A DNA stretch of 64,000 bases, taken from the sequence record NC_070999.1; one strand, written 5' to 3'. A model generated the notes under the pieces. The model was not told the DNA's origin. It searched no databases and saw only the letters and a program-made list of their open reading frames with translations. The position numbers and the translations under genes were made by a program. Of the stretch, positions 43,751-53,272 are shown in pieces. Each line of letters begins with the position of its first letter. The stretch's first letter is position 1.

Positions 43751-45877
43751 TTAAAATACATCAGAAATAGAAGTACGGATAAGAGAAATACTTGGAACAG
43801 CTTCCACAACATCCAATGGAATATCTAACAAAGGATCCATAGTCGGAATGTCCCAGATATATTCACCAGATTCCATCCCACCAATTGCAGTTGTGTTAAC
43901 GCCAAGTTCAGCAACCCCTGGTATTTTACCACCACCAAGTAAAGCCTCTACTTGTTCCCTAGACCATTCCATGATATCGATCGATCTACTAGTGATGTTC
44001 TCTTCCTCACCAGTATCAAGATCAATTAGATAAACATAACACTTTTCATCTTGCCCTCTACGATGAACCCGAGCGATGGTCTGCGTCAATTCGTAGGATC
44101 TAAATGGAGAGTTCATTAAGATGATCTGGTTAGCCATTAACATTGGCTTACCTTCCCTCAGTGTTTGGAAGGTAGTGATCAATGGGTTGGTATCTGGGTC
44201 ATCAGTTAACTGTCCAATTACTTTATCAATCTCGGTACTATTATTACCATACACGGAAACTGATTTTAAACCAACTTCTTTAAAGTAATCTTCCAACTCT
44301 TTAATGACTTCCACATAAGAAGTATATACAAGAGTTTTCTTCTTAACCCCCTCAATAAGTTTAGGTAAGTTAGCATGACGAATGGTTTCTTTAATGGCAT
44401 TCATCCGAGCTTTACCTAACACATTACCTAGAGCCTCACCTCTGATCTTTAAACCAACATATTTGACAGCTGATTTAATGTGTCTAAAGTAATGAAGATC
44501 TTCTCCTTTCAAATAGGACTCGATTTCCTTTTCAACCGAAGCACAGAACTTTGATTTATCTGCATCAGTAAAGTTATTGTATCCATTAGTTTGGAAGTAG
44601 TTAACATAGTCTACATAAGTCTTTACTCTAGCCTGAATAGATTGGTCACTCCACTTACGTTCTTTGAAATCATTAACGTAAATTAACCAATCTTCCTTAT
44701 AAGTGCTCATCCGTTCTTTGTAGAACCTAACACGTTCTGTGATATAGGTCAACATATCAGTACGGATGTTATTCAGGGTAAAGGCCTCAGCACCTGGGAA
44801 GGAAACTTTTATTACCTCAGGTTCTGGAGGAGCTTCCATAGTTGTAATAGCTGGTATGGTGTATTTGATCCTACCCAGCCTATGAGCAAGCATCTCATTA
44901 AGGAACGTGTTATCCCTTCCATACATCTTCAAGAAGTTATCTCTGACATTCTTATCAAAGAACTTATCGATGATGGTAAACAAAGCGTACGTTTCTTTAC
45001 CTTGTGCTTTAATAGGTGTGCCTGACATAAAGAGCACATCAGAGATATATGGATGAGAACAGAAATCAATTAAACCTTTAGTTTGTTGGGAACTATGTTC
45101 ATTGTAGTTATGACATTCATCTACAATGACTTTGGCTGGAAGCTGACCATTCTTAGTAATGGTTTTAATAGCCAATTCCCAACTCTCTGTACGGATAAGT
45201 TCTTTATGGATAATAAAGATCTCCGCATCCACATGGTTTAGGATGTTAGTTCCATCTAGAGAAGTCCAAACTTTGGGAGGTTTCTTATACACTTTATTGA
45301 TTTCATTTACCCAAGGTGAGTAGACCAATCCCTTCGGTACAACAATAAATAACTTGCCTTTGGAGATCATTTTACTCCAAATCAAAGACGTCGGGGATTT
45401 CCCGCTCCCAACTACTGCGTCTAGTAAACACCCCTTAAGTTGGAAACCGTATTTAATCCGACTGTATTCTTCCAGGAAATCCCGTTGGTCAGGATAAGGT
45501 GTTATAGTAAACTCTTTAAGAGCTTCGTCAACAGGATAACTTGGAAAAGTTTGATACGTAGTTTCTAGCCATGTTTTGGTTTTGACTTCATCGTACAATT
45601 GCTTATAACGGAACAGTCCGACGTAATAACGATCAACTGTACGTTTATTCTTTTGGTTAGTAAGATGATCTAAAATCCAAGCAAGTTCCACCATAAAGAA
45701 CTTATGAATTTTAAATGATCTTGCATTAATTCTGGTAATAAGGCGATTGAAAATAACACTTGTGCCGAAGTTAGTCCGCAAGTCACTTTCAAATGCTTTT
45801 GTATTAATACCAGTAACAACGTAAAACGAACCTACTTGCTCTACCTTTGGGCTGAGTGTAAAGTAACCAGATAACAT
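43751..45877 (-). CDS. SF2 (SNF2-like) helicase
   Basis: LLDAVVGSGKS (Walker A), IVDECH (DExH), MSGTPI (motif III), QTIARVHRRGQ (motif VI). Confidence 0.88.
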   Translation of the reverse strand: MLSGYFTLSPKVEQVGSFYVVTGINTKAFESDLRTNFGTSVIFNRLITRINARSFKIHKFFMVELAWILDHLTNQKNKRTVDRYYVGLFRYKQLYDEVKTKTWLETTYQTFPSYPVDEALKEFTITPYPDQRDFLEEYSRIKYGFQLKGCLLDAVVGSGKSPTSLIWSKMISKGKLFIVVPKGLVYSPWVNEINKVYKKPPKVWTSLDGTNILNHVDAEIFIIHKELIRTESWELAIKTITKNGQLPAKVIVDECHNYNEHSSQQTKGLIDFCSHPYISDVLFMSGTPIKAQGKETYALFTIIDKFFDKNVRDNFLKMYGRDNTFLNEMLAHRLGRIKYTIPAITTMEAPPEPEVIKVSFPGAEAFTLNNIRTDMLTYITERVRFYKERMSTYKEDWLIYVNDFKERKWSDQSIQARVKTYVDYVNYFQTNGYNNFTDADKSKFCASVEKEIESYLKGEDLHYFRHIKSAVKYVGLKIRGEALGNVLGKARMNAIKETIRHANLPKLIEGVKKKTLVYTSYVEVIKELEDYFKEVGLKSVSVYGNNSTEIDKVIGQLTDDPDTNPLITTFQTLREGKPMLMANQIILMNSPFRSYELTQTIARVHRRGQDEKCYVYLIDLDTGEEENITSRSIDIMEWSREQVEALLGGGKIPGVAELGVNTTAIGGMESGEYIWDIPTMDPLLDIPLDVVEAVPSISLIRTSISDVF

Positions 45878-45890
45878 AAGGAACCCTTAG

Positions 45891-46970
45891 ATGCAAAATT
45901 TTAATTCGGATAAATTTGTTAGTTTTCTTCACTTCGCTAACTTTGTACTCCCTGAAGAAGGCATAATGGAGCTAGATGAAGATACCGTAAACGAAGTAAT
46001 CAAAATATCTCTTGGTGAACATCTCTTTACTGTTACTAGAAAGTTCTGGAATAAGTTTTGTAAAATTGTTGAAAGAGAAGAGTTAGGTGAACTACTTCAG
46101 ATGCTGGAAGAAGTTGATGGACCATTTAAGTATTCTGCTAAACCTAGTGTAGATGATTTCTTACCTAACTTGGCTGAAGATCTAAAAGAACTTCCTGATA
46201 ATGTTAAAGACGTTATTCAACAGCGTATTTCCGGTATTGTTAATATCACTGGTATTCAGATTCGTCGTTTGGCGGAGATCATTAACAAACGTATTGAAGA
46301 CGTTAGTCGTGATGTTAACATTATCAAAGACTTTGACGCTTTTCTAACTCTCGATGTTACCTATGAGAAAGGATTTAAGTTGTTTCTCTGTTTTGATAAG
46401 ATTAAACCGATCTTTGATGAACCAACTGATATTCAGATTCTTCGTACCCCAATGAGTAATGAAGACATTAAGCTTTATATCGGTGACGACTATAAAGAGA
46501 TTCGTCGTTTGTTCACTTTGATCGAAGAAGGTGTCAATAGTCTACTGGAATGTAAAGCAGTTAGCTTTAGTAGTTTAGCTAAGGACTTTGCCATCAGCTT
46601 GGTTAATGGCTCTATCGTTCAACATCTACTTCAGATTACCCCAGTATTTATCTCATTTGGGGGTGTAGATAACTGGAGACTGTTTGGTGATCTTACTCCT
46701 AACTCTACAGTTTGTCATAAACTGCTTGATCAGGAACTTGAGTACATTGTTAAGTATCTCAAAGAGATCCCGTTGGAAGAAGGTGTTGACTATTACGCAG
46801 TAGATATTAACCATCTTACTGTATATGGTCGTAATAACCTCAATAAGACAGTCTCTGGTCCATTTGCTAAGCACAGTGACCACCTATCCCTGCGTTACAA
46901 TGACGGCTTCTTTAATCTGCTCCTGTTGCGTTTAAAACAAGCTGACAATAAAATCTGTTTTAGCTACTAA
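45891..46970 (+). CDS. hypothetical protein
   Basis: 359-aa ORF, AAGGA RBS, back-to-back with the helicase start. Confidence 0.75.
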   Translation: MQNFNSDKFVSFLHFANFVLPEEGIMELDEDTVNEVIKISLGEHLFTVTRKFWNKFCKIVEREELGELLQMLEEVDGPFKYSAKPSVDDFLPNLAEDLKELPDNVKDVIQQRISGIVNITGIQIRRLAEIINKRIEDVSRDVNIIKDFDAFLTLDVTYEKGFKLFLCFDKIKPIFDEPTDIQILRTPMSNEDIKLYIGDDYKEIRRLFTLIEEGVNSLLECKAVSFSSLAKDFAISLVNGSIVQHLLQITPVFISFGGVDNWRLFGDLTPNSTVCHKLLDQELEYIVKYLKEIPLEEGVDYYAVDINHLTVYGRNNLNKTVSGPFAKHSDHLSLRYNDGFFNLLLLRLKQADNKICFSY

Positions 46971-46982
46971 GCAAACATAAAG

Positions 46983-47010
46983 CCTAAGGTAGACGATCGT
47001 CTACCTTAGG
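46983..47010. terminator. bidirectional terminator (perfect 28-bp palindrome)
   Basis: CCTAAGGTAGACG-at-CGTCTACCTTAGG between convergent genes. Confidence 0.8.
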
Positions 47011-47013
47011 TAT

Positions 47014-47787
47014 TTACAGTTTCACTAATTCTTCAGAATGAATATTGAGAACTCGTGTTACTTCTGCGAGCAAAGTAAAAGAGTACCCAATGAAAGTCAT
47101 GTTATCTGAAAGGAATTGAATAGACTCATTAAGTAAAGCAAAGTCGGCAGGAGATAGAATGATCTCGTTAGTATCGACCTTACGCTTAACCAGCTTAACA
47201 ATCTCTACAACTTGATCCGCTTGTTTAGCCAGAACCTCCGCGTCACGAGATTTCAAAGTAACAACTTCTTTATTGAAGTATTTGATCACATCCCCCACTT
47301 CCGACCAATTGGTATAAAGTTCAGAAACAGGACGAGTGAATACTTTACTTTCTTTAAGCTGTTCTACTTTCTCACGCAGTTCGCTAATTAGAACCAAGTG
47401 ATCGCCATTGCGAATACTAAAAGGAACCTTACCAGTGGCAGCAGTATTCTTTAGTGCTCGATAAAGATCTTCAGCTTGAGTCATAACCAGTTTCATAGCA
47501 CCGATAGATTGGAGTAATAAAATAGTATACTCTTTGAAACTCATCTGTGCTGGGTTAAAGAAAACTGGGGATTGGATATGTTTGAACGAGACATCAAAAT
47601 AAGTTTTATTACTTTTCAACCAAACACTTGGATCTGTTTTAACAGTATGAATGGACTTATTAAAATGTTTGGCATTGAACTTATCAATACCTAGAGAAAA
47701 TTCTTTATACAGAGATGAAATACGCTCACCAACGGTAAGTGCTTCATTTCCAGTGATCTGATCAAGATCAAAAATACGAGTAGTCAT
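47014..47787 (-). CDS. putative internal head protein
   Basis: Short N-terminal propeptide ending TGNE-A (G-x-E protease motif); helical body. Confidence 0.6.
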   Translation of the reverse strand: MTTRIFDLDQITGNEALTVGERISSLYKEFSLGIDKFNAKHFNKSIHTVKTDPSVWLKSNKTYFDVSFKHIQSPVFFNPAQMSFKEYTILLLQSIGAMKLVMTQAEDLYRALKNTAATGKVPFSIRNGDHLVLISELREKVEQLKESKVFTRPVSELYTNWSEVGDVIKYFNKEVVTLKSRDAEVLAKQADQVVEIVKLVKRKVDTNEIILSPADFALLNESIQFLSDNMTFIGYSFTLLAEVTRVLNIHSEELVKL

Positions 47788-47844
47788 GCTATGGAAATCC
47801 CATTAGTGTGAATCGATTCATAACATTTGAGAAAAGGGTTGATT

Positions 47845-49311
47845 ATGCTTTCTGCTTTGAGTTTTATTAAAGATTACGGCGCTGAATCTAATCTACAAAT
47901 TGGCTTAAACGTTTCTCCAATTTTTGATATGCAAACTACCAACATGATCAAGGGTGAAGATGATGTTTGGTATATGAATGGTGGGTTGATGCCGATCAAT
48001 GCATTGGCTGGTGGTAACAACACCCAGAAGACTGGTCGACTGGTTAAAGACTGCGCTGCCCTACTTCACCGATTCCGTCACGCAACCATTCTTTATGGCG
48101 ATACTGAATCCACCTTGGATGTGAACCGTCTTGCTGAAGAAGTAAACCGCTTGTATGGTATTGAAAACTACTTCGAAGATTATATCGAGGATAAGCGTTT
48201 CTTTTATATGCCAAACTCTGCCGGTATTGACGGCACTGAACTTCATAACAAAGTACTTGATATCTATAAACGTATCCAAACACTCTCAGAGTCCAAAGAT
48301 AAAGCTGAACAAGAAGCGTATAAAGAACTCTTCATGGATACCCCGTGGACTTCTAAGAAGACAGGTAAACGTATTCAAGTTCAACACCCCATTCTCTTTA
48401 TCTGTGATTCCATTTCAGAAGTTATGTTTGACAAACTAATGTTCAAACAGTTTGATGAAGGCGATATGGATGAAGGCGGTAAGAAGCGTACTCGCGATAT
48501 GGAGATCGGTAACCTTCGTCGCATCCTGATGACTGATGTCTGTATTCTCGGTCCTCGGGTAGGTATTCGTTCATATTGGATTGCTCAATCTGCCGATGTG
48601 ATCAATATGGATGGTAAACCTAAAGAAAAAGACTCAACCTTCCTTCGTCACAATAAGAAACTTTCTGCTCCTAAAGCAATGTTGAAACTCCCTCACATTG
48701 GTGTCGAAATTATCAAAGGGACAGTACTCAAGCAGACAGATCACTCCGTCACTTATCCTCGTGGTAAAGAGAGTCAGATCGAAGTTAATGCTAAGAGTAA
48801 TCCAGATCTTGTTGAATACTTCACCACGGTGTTTCGTAACAAGTCAGGTAGCTCAGGTGGTGACATCTCCTTTATCGGTTCTCAGGAGCTGGGTATTCAG
48901 GAAGGCATGAGTATGTATCACATGCTCAAAGAAGCTAAGTACTTTGGTTTGACTGGTTCTGCTGTTCGCCATGCTTGTGCTCTTTATCCTGAGTGTAGTT
49001 TGATGCGCACCACAGTACGTGATCTGGTAGAAGGTGAAACACGAGATCCTAAGTTGTACCGTGCTATTGAGATCACTTGGCAACTGTGGTTTATTCAGAC
49101 CTTCTGGAGCAATATCCCAGCTAACTTCCGTATCACCCCGGAGGAGCTTTATAACGCTGTTAAAGAACAAGGTGTCGATTGGAACGATATCCTTGAGAAC
49201 ACAGTTTACTTCTGGCACGATAACCCGGAACACATTAAGAAACACACACTGACTGTTTATGAACTTCTAGAGATTGCAGTCAATAAGAAAAAACCTTATT
49301 GGATTAAATAA
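47845..49311 (+). CDS. uvsX: UvsX/RecA-like recombinase (phiKZ gp152-like)
   Basis: Likely start ATG 47845; AGGNNTQKTG Walker-A variant, YGDTES, ICDSIS Walker B; typical size and synteny with the RNAP subunit gene. Confidence 0.75.
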   Translation: MLSALSFIKDYGAESNLQIGLNVSPIFDMQTTNMIKGEDDVWYMNGGLMPINALAGGNNTQKTGRLVKDCAALLHRFRHATILYGDTESTLDVNRLAEEVNRLYGIENYFEDYIEDKRFFYMPNSAGIDGTELHNKVLDIYKRIQTLSESKDKAEQEAYKELFMDTPWTSKKTGKRIQVQHPILFICDSISEVMFDKLMFKQFDEGDMDEGGKKRTRDMEIGNLRRILMTDVCILGPRVGIRSYWIAQSADVINMDGKPKEKDSTFLRHNKKLSAPKAMLKLPHIGVEIIKGTVLKQTDHSVTYPRGKESQIEVNAKSNPDLVEYFTTVFRNKSGSSGGDISFIGSQELGIQEGMSMYHMLKEAKYFGLTGSAVRHACALYPECSLMRTTVRDLVEGETRDPKLYRAIEITWQLWFIQTFWSNIPANFRITPEELYNAVKEQGVDWNDILENTVYFWHDNPEHIKKHTLTVYELLEIAVNKKKPYWIK

Positions 49312-49313
49312 TT

Positions 49314-49667
49314 ATGCTTCACGACTATTCTGTATTGGTATTGGTAGAACCGGATTTCAACTTTAAAGCTAAAGATGTCGAAACTTATCTAGCTAAACTT
49401 AAAACGTTTCTGTTAAAACGTGCCGGTGATATTAATCTGCGTGTGGTAACAGTAGAAGGTAAGTACGGTATTCCTGGTGTAGAAGTTATGCCAACCGATA
49501 ATCGAAATAAGACCGCTTTCATTAAAGCTGTCGAAGATTATTTGGGACAACTCAATGAGATTGTCGTAATTGCTAACTTCCAGAAAGAACCTTATTTAGA
49601 TGCAGTTAGTATTAAAGCGTCAGAAGCATCTAAGACATTCACTGTTTACGGTTACGAGACCAAGTAA
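49314..49667 (+). CDS. hypothetical protein
   Basis: Tightly packed between uvsX and the RNAP subunit gene. Confidence 0.7.
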   Translation: MLHDYSVLVLVEPDFNFKAKDVETYLAKLKTFLLKRAGDINLRVVTVEGKYGIPGVEVMPTDNRNKTAFIKAVEDYLGQLNEIVVIANFQKEPYLDAVSIKASEASKTFTVYGYETK

Positions 49668-50345
49668 ATGAAACATCGTAGCGAAATTGAAGAAGAGATT
49701 CTGACATTCGCAAAACGCATGACACCAGGTGGCGGAAGTCACCTGGTTTATAAAGCTCTGTTTAAGAAAATGAACGATGAGCAATTTAAAGCGTTTTGGA
49801 ATGGAATTTGTGACAGTAACTTTATTCCTGTCTTTGTGAATAACTTTGACAATAAGGAGATGATTGATTACGATGATGTTTGTTTGTTCGCAAAAGAACT
49901 AAACATTCCATTGGAGCAGCAGCTCGTTATTACCGATCCTGATTCTGGTTTGGAATATACCACTCCAGAGACAGCTATTGTAGGTTACGCAGAGATGCGT
50001 AAACAACGTCAGTTGCAAGCTAAGAAGTTTGGTGCTAGTAAGAACGACCATGAGACAGAAGACCTTACAGGACAACCTACAGGTGATTCTAAAGCAGGTG
50101 GTATTAGTTCTCCTGAGATTCGGGTACTGTTGTCACTAGGTTTGAAAACTACTGCTAAGGAACTCTTTGATGTTCGTGGTGGTGATGTTAAAGCTTATCG
50201 GGCTTACAAGTCAGATATTCTTACCAGTGGTGAAACAACTACACAATCTTCTTTGCAGCGCGGATCTGGTGTTAAGTCTCTTCAGACAGCACACTTCTTA
50301 CTACGCGGCAGGATGCTTGATAACAATCTCAACGCTAAGGGCTAA
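49668..50345 (+). CDS. RNA polymerase beta-subunit C-terminal fragment (virion RNAP, phiKZ gp149-like)
   Basis: LTGQPTGDSKAGGISSPEIRVLLSLGLKTTAKELFDVRGGD aligns to the RpoB C-terminal [44 protein letters not shown]. Confidence 0.8.
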   Translation: MKHRSEIEEEILTFAKRMTPGGGSHLVYKALFKKMNDEQFKAFWNGICDSNFIPVFVNNFDNKEMIDYDDVCLFAKELNIPLEQQLVITDPDSGLEYTTPETAIVGYAEMRKQRQLQAKKFGASKNDHETEDLTGQPTGDSKAGGISSPEIRVLLSLGLKTTAKELFDVRGGDVKAYRAYKSDILTSGETTTQSSLQRGSGVKSLQTAHFLLRGRMLDNNLNAKG

Positions 50346-50347
50346 CT

Positions 50348-50800
50348 ATGGATCAACTACCTATTCCAGGTCAACTAGTTGATCCTGTTGAAGCTCTGCT
50401 AGGGGACATTGTTGAAGAAGCAATGATTGAGATTATTGCTAATAAAGACAGTTCTCTATTTTGGACCAAACTCAAAGATCATCTTTACGATACCGCTTTG
50501 ATTTCTTTTGAAGAAAACTATAATAATCTAATTGCTGACTTGGGACAATCCCCAGATGCATTTGATTACTTTGTTAGATTTGTTCAACGTGTATCGGCTA
50601 AACCTTACTGTTCAGAAGCTTTGCGTAAAGTAGAGTCAACTAGAGAGTTAGTTAATAAAACAGCTGGGTTAGATAACATGTTGGTTGTTACTGCCGATAA
50701 TAAAGATCACGTTAAACCCATCTGTTATATGCTCGCTGTGTACGCCCCAATCACGATGTATCGAATTAATGTCATTGGTGCAGATAAAGGGGAAGAATAA
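50348..50800 (+). CDS. hypothetical protein
   Basis: AAGGG RBS, packed operon. Confidence 0.7.
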   Translation: MDQLPIPGQLVDPVEALLGDIVEEAMIEIIANKDSSLFWTKLKDHLYDTALISFEENYNNLIADLGQSPDAFDYFVRFVQRVSAKPYCSEALRKVESTRELVNKTAGLDNMLVVTADNKDHVKPICYMLAVYAPITMYRINVIGADKGEE

Positions 50801-51528
50801 TGGACATCCTCGTATACACTGATCTAGACAGCTTATTTGATACACGTCGCGGGATCCTTCACAAACTTGCTTTAGAATCTGGTAATGTCAACTTCAACTG
50901 GGATAATCAATTCTCCCAAATCTACGCTAGGCGAAAGTACGATATCTTTAATCAGCCGGAACTTGGAATTACTCAAGAGAAGTTCGAAGAGAGGTTTGAT
51001 AAAAGAACTCTTGATGATTTTGCTGACTCAAAGTGCGCTTATGTGCTTCCGAGTAAGCTTATCAATCATATGTTTAATATTGTACGCGAGTTGGAATTTG
51101 GTGTAGGTAAGATGTTGTCCATGAGTACATTCAATGTGACAGTTAACCTATACCCATTCGAGCTCAGTTTGGAAAGACAAAGGGCACTGGAAGATACGTT
51201 ACGTGGCGCGGTGAAGTTTAACATAGGTATTAACTTTGTTAATATTCCTTATGATGATCAACGTGCTAAGTATCTTAACAGTTTTCAATATGTCTTTAAG
51301 TATGATATCTTCTTGTCTAAACACATGAAGAATTATTGGTCAGATTACGGAACGTGCCAACCTAGCAACGTGAAGTTTATCGTACCTGATGTATTAGCAA
51401 AACAAACAGAACTACCCGAAGGAATGGATGCTGAATCTCCCAGATCTCTCATCAGTAAGCTGAATATCTCCCTTGGCGGTAAAACGACCTTTGTAGCAAT
51501 TGATAAGACTATCTACGACTATCGTTAG
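50800..51528 (+). CDS. hypothetical protein with HAD-like N-terminal DxD motif
   Basis: MDILVYTDLDSLFDTR; TAATG overlap. Confidence 0.65.
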   Translation: MDILVYTDLDSLFDTRRGILHKLALESGNVNFNWDNQFSQIYARRKYDIFNQPELGITQEKFEERFDKRTLDDFADSKCAYVLPSKLINHMFNIVRELEFGVGKMLSMSTFNVTVNLYPFELSLERQRALEDTLRGAVKFNIGINFVNIPYDDQRAKYLNSFQYVFKYDIFLSKHMKNYWSDYGTCQPSNVKFIVPDVLAKQTELPEGMDAESPRSLISKLNISLGGKTTFVAIDKTIYDYR

Positions 51529-51541
51529 ATAACGGCAAATA

Positions 51542-51573
51542 CTCCTACTCTCCCAGTTAAGGGAGAGTAGGAG
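51542..51573. terminator. bidirectional terminator
   Basis: CTCCTACTCTCCC-agttaa-GGGAGAGTAGGAG between convergent genes. Confidence 0.8.
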
Positions 51574-51588
51574 ATTTATGTTTAGTGT

Positions 51589-52128
51589 TTATTCGTCAAA
51601 ACTTTCTTCAATTTCTTTTGCGTCTACAACAATCAAACCTTGGTCTAGTTCTTCCGGTCTGATCATGGTTTCGGAATTCAATTGTGTGACAGGTTTTAGA
51701 GGATCTAAAATAATACCCATGTCGCCATAGTTGGGAATTACAAGTTTACCATTAGCTACTTCATTAAGAGCGTTAACAAAAGCTGCAAAGGAAGTCTTGT
51801 TGTCTTCCATCTCTTTTGCCTTAGCTTTTTCTTTTCTGTCGTCACGCACCGACTTCTCTAATTGCCCAATCAAAGTGTTGATAGAATCAAGCAGTTTACA
51901 GTTAGATGGTTTACTAATGTAAGTTTGAGTAGCAATGTCCAACAGCAAAGTACGTTGTTTTTGAACTAAATTAATAAGCTCATTTTCTGTCTCGCTATTT
52001 TGATCTTTCTTCAAGATAGCATTAATGTTACTAATAAGGACATCCTTATCCTTCAACATTACATCGCTCTTAGTTCCCTCTACTGGTGGAGGTAGGATTC
52101 CTGAATCCTCCATTTCATCATCGTACAT
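51589..52128 (-). CDS. hypothetical coiled-coil protein
   Basis: GGAG RBS, 179 aa. Confidence 0.7.
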   Translation of the reverse strand: MYDDEMEDSGILPPPVEGTKSDVMLKDKDVLISNINAILKKDQNSETENELINLVQKQRTLLLDIATQTYISKPSNCKLLDSINTLIGQLEKSVRDDRKEKAKAKEMEDNKTSFAAFVNALNEVANGKLVIPNYGDMGIILDPLKPVTQLNSETMIRPEELDQGLIVVDAKEIEESFDE

Positions 52129-52151
52129 AAATTACTCCAATTTTAGTCTTT

Positions 52152-52183
52152 CTATAATTTTTGAGATAGATATTATTCTCATG
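52152..52183 (+). promoter_or_regulatory. phage early promoter motif (copy 9)
   Basis: CTATAATTTTTGAGATAGATATTATTCTCATG. Confidence 0.7.
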
Positions 52184-52232
52184 GTAAACACATGAGAAGT
52201 TTTCTACTAATGAGAATAAGGATACATTACTC

Positions 52233-52781
52233 ATGTTCTTTAAGAAGTTGCTTGCTAAGATACCATTTATTCGTAAAAGAATGATTAAGTCAATTAGAGC
52301 TAAACTGACCGAGATCTTAGAAGACTTTGATTCTGGAGCATTTAACGATATCTACGTTAAAGCTTTACAAAGCATTCTAAAATCGCCTGTAATCAATTTT
52401 AACGAAGAGTTGGTGCTAGGTTCGATAAATCCCATTAAGACGTTTAGCAATAGCTCAGCGAGTCTTGTATTAAGTATAGAGAAGAAGGAAGTAAAGAAGT
52501 CGGTAATGATGAAGAATGGGTCAGTGGCTTTAACCCAGAATACTAGATCGTTCTCTAGATGGTATTCAAATAAAGAAAGTATAGAAACGTTTGTTGGTGT
52601 AATTAGCGTATACTTAGAAAAACAAGTTATGCTAATGGAACCAGTTCTTGTCAACGGAGATAAAGTAGTCGAAGTTGTTATGACACCAGAGGAGGATGAA
52701 TTCCTTGATAGTCTATTGTATAGACTAGCTCTGGTTGATCTAGTTAACATCATCGACTTCTACCTAGAGAGACAGGTATGA
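52233..52781 (+). CDS. hypothetical early protein
   Basis: AAGGA RBS after promoter copy 9. Confidence 0.7.
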   Translation: MFFKKLLAKIPFIRKRMIKSIRAKLTEILEDFDSGAFNDIYVKALQSILKSPVINFNEELVLGSINPIKTFSNSSASLVLSIEKKEVKKSVMMKNGSVALTQNTRSFSRWYSNKESIETFVGVISVYLEKQVMLMEPVLVNGDKVVEVVMTPEEDEFLDSLLYRLALVDLVNIIDFYLERQV

Positions 52782-53200
52782 ATGACCAAAAGAAAACAAA
52801 AACAGTTCCCTTTGGAAAGAATAAAAACTACGTTCCAAAAGAGCAACTAACTGATACCCCGAGTCGAATGTTTAGAGATATCATGGACGTCATGGGAGTC
52901 AATGCAGCTAAGTGGAAATCCTACATGGATGAATACTTGCGTTGGATCCACCCAGATGACTCCGGTACACCATTAGAGGTTAAGAAAGCCAGAGGTACTT
53001 CCTTAGGTAATGCGCAGAGCGCTTACTTTTGTAGCCGTACTTTGAGTTTTAACAAACTCATTACTGGTTTAAAGATTCTTAAACTCAAACGTGTGACTTT
53101 CAAGATAGAGTGTGAAACAGAATCAGGAGAAATCTTTGATGTTTCAGAAACTACTATTCTGAGACGTTCACGTTCAGATGTAATTGATGATAAAGATTAA
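52778..53200 (+). CDS. hypothetical basic protein (possible DNA binding)
   Basis: ATGA overlap; followed by a terminator. Confidence 0.65.
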   Translation: MNDQKKTKTVPFGKNKNYVPKEQLTDTPSRMFRDIMDVMGVNAAKWKSYMDEYLRWIHPDDSGTPLEVKKARGTSLGNAQSAYFCSRTLSFNKLITGLKILKLKRVTFKIECETESGEIFDVSETTILRRSRSDVIDDKD

Positions 53201-53209
53201 TTAGAGTAG

Positions 53210-53237
53210 TTCGATACCTCCAACAGGAGGTATCGAA
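53210..53237 (+). terminator. intrinsic terminator hairpin
   Basis: TTCGATACCTCC-aaca-GGAGGTATCGAA. Confidence 0.75.
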
Positions 53238-53272
53238 ACTCTTCTTACCTATTTTATTTTTAAGGGTTAAAT

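Noticed and set aside
47845-50345. RNAP fragment encoded in an operon with uvsX as a novel fusion system
   Set aside because: Split RNAP subunits and this gene order are established features of phiKZ-like phages.
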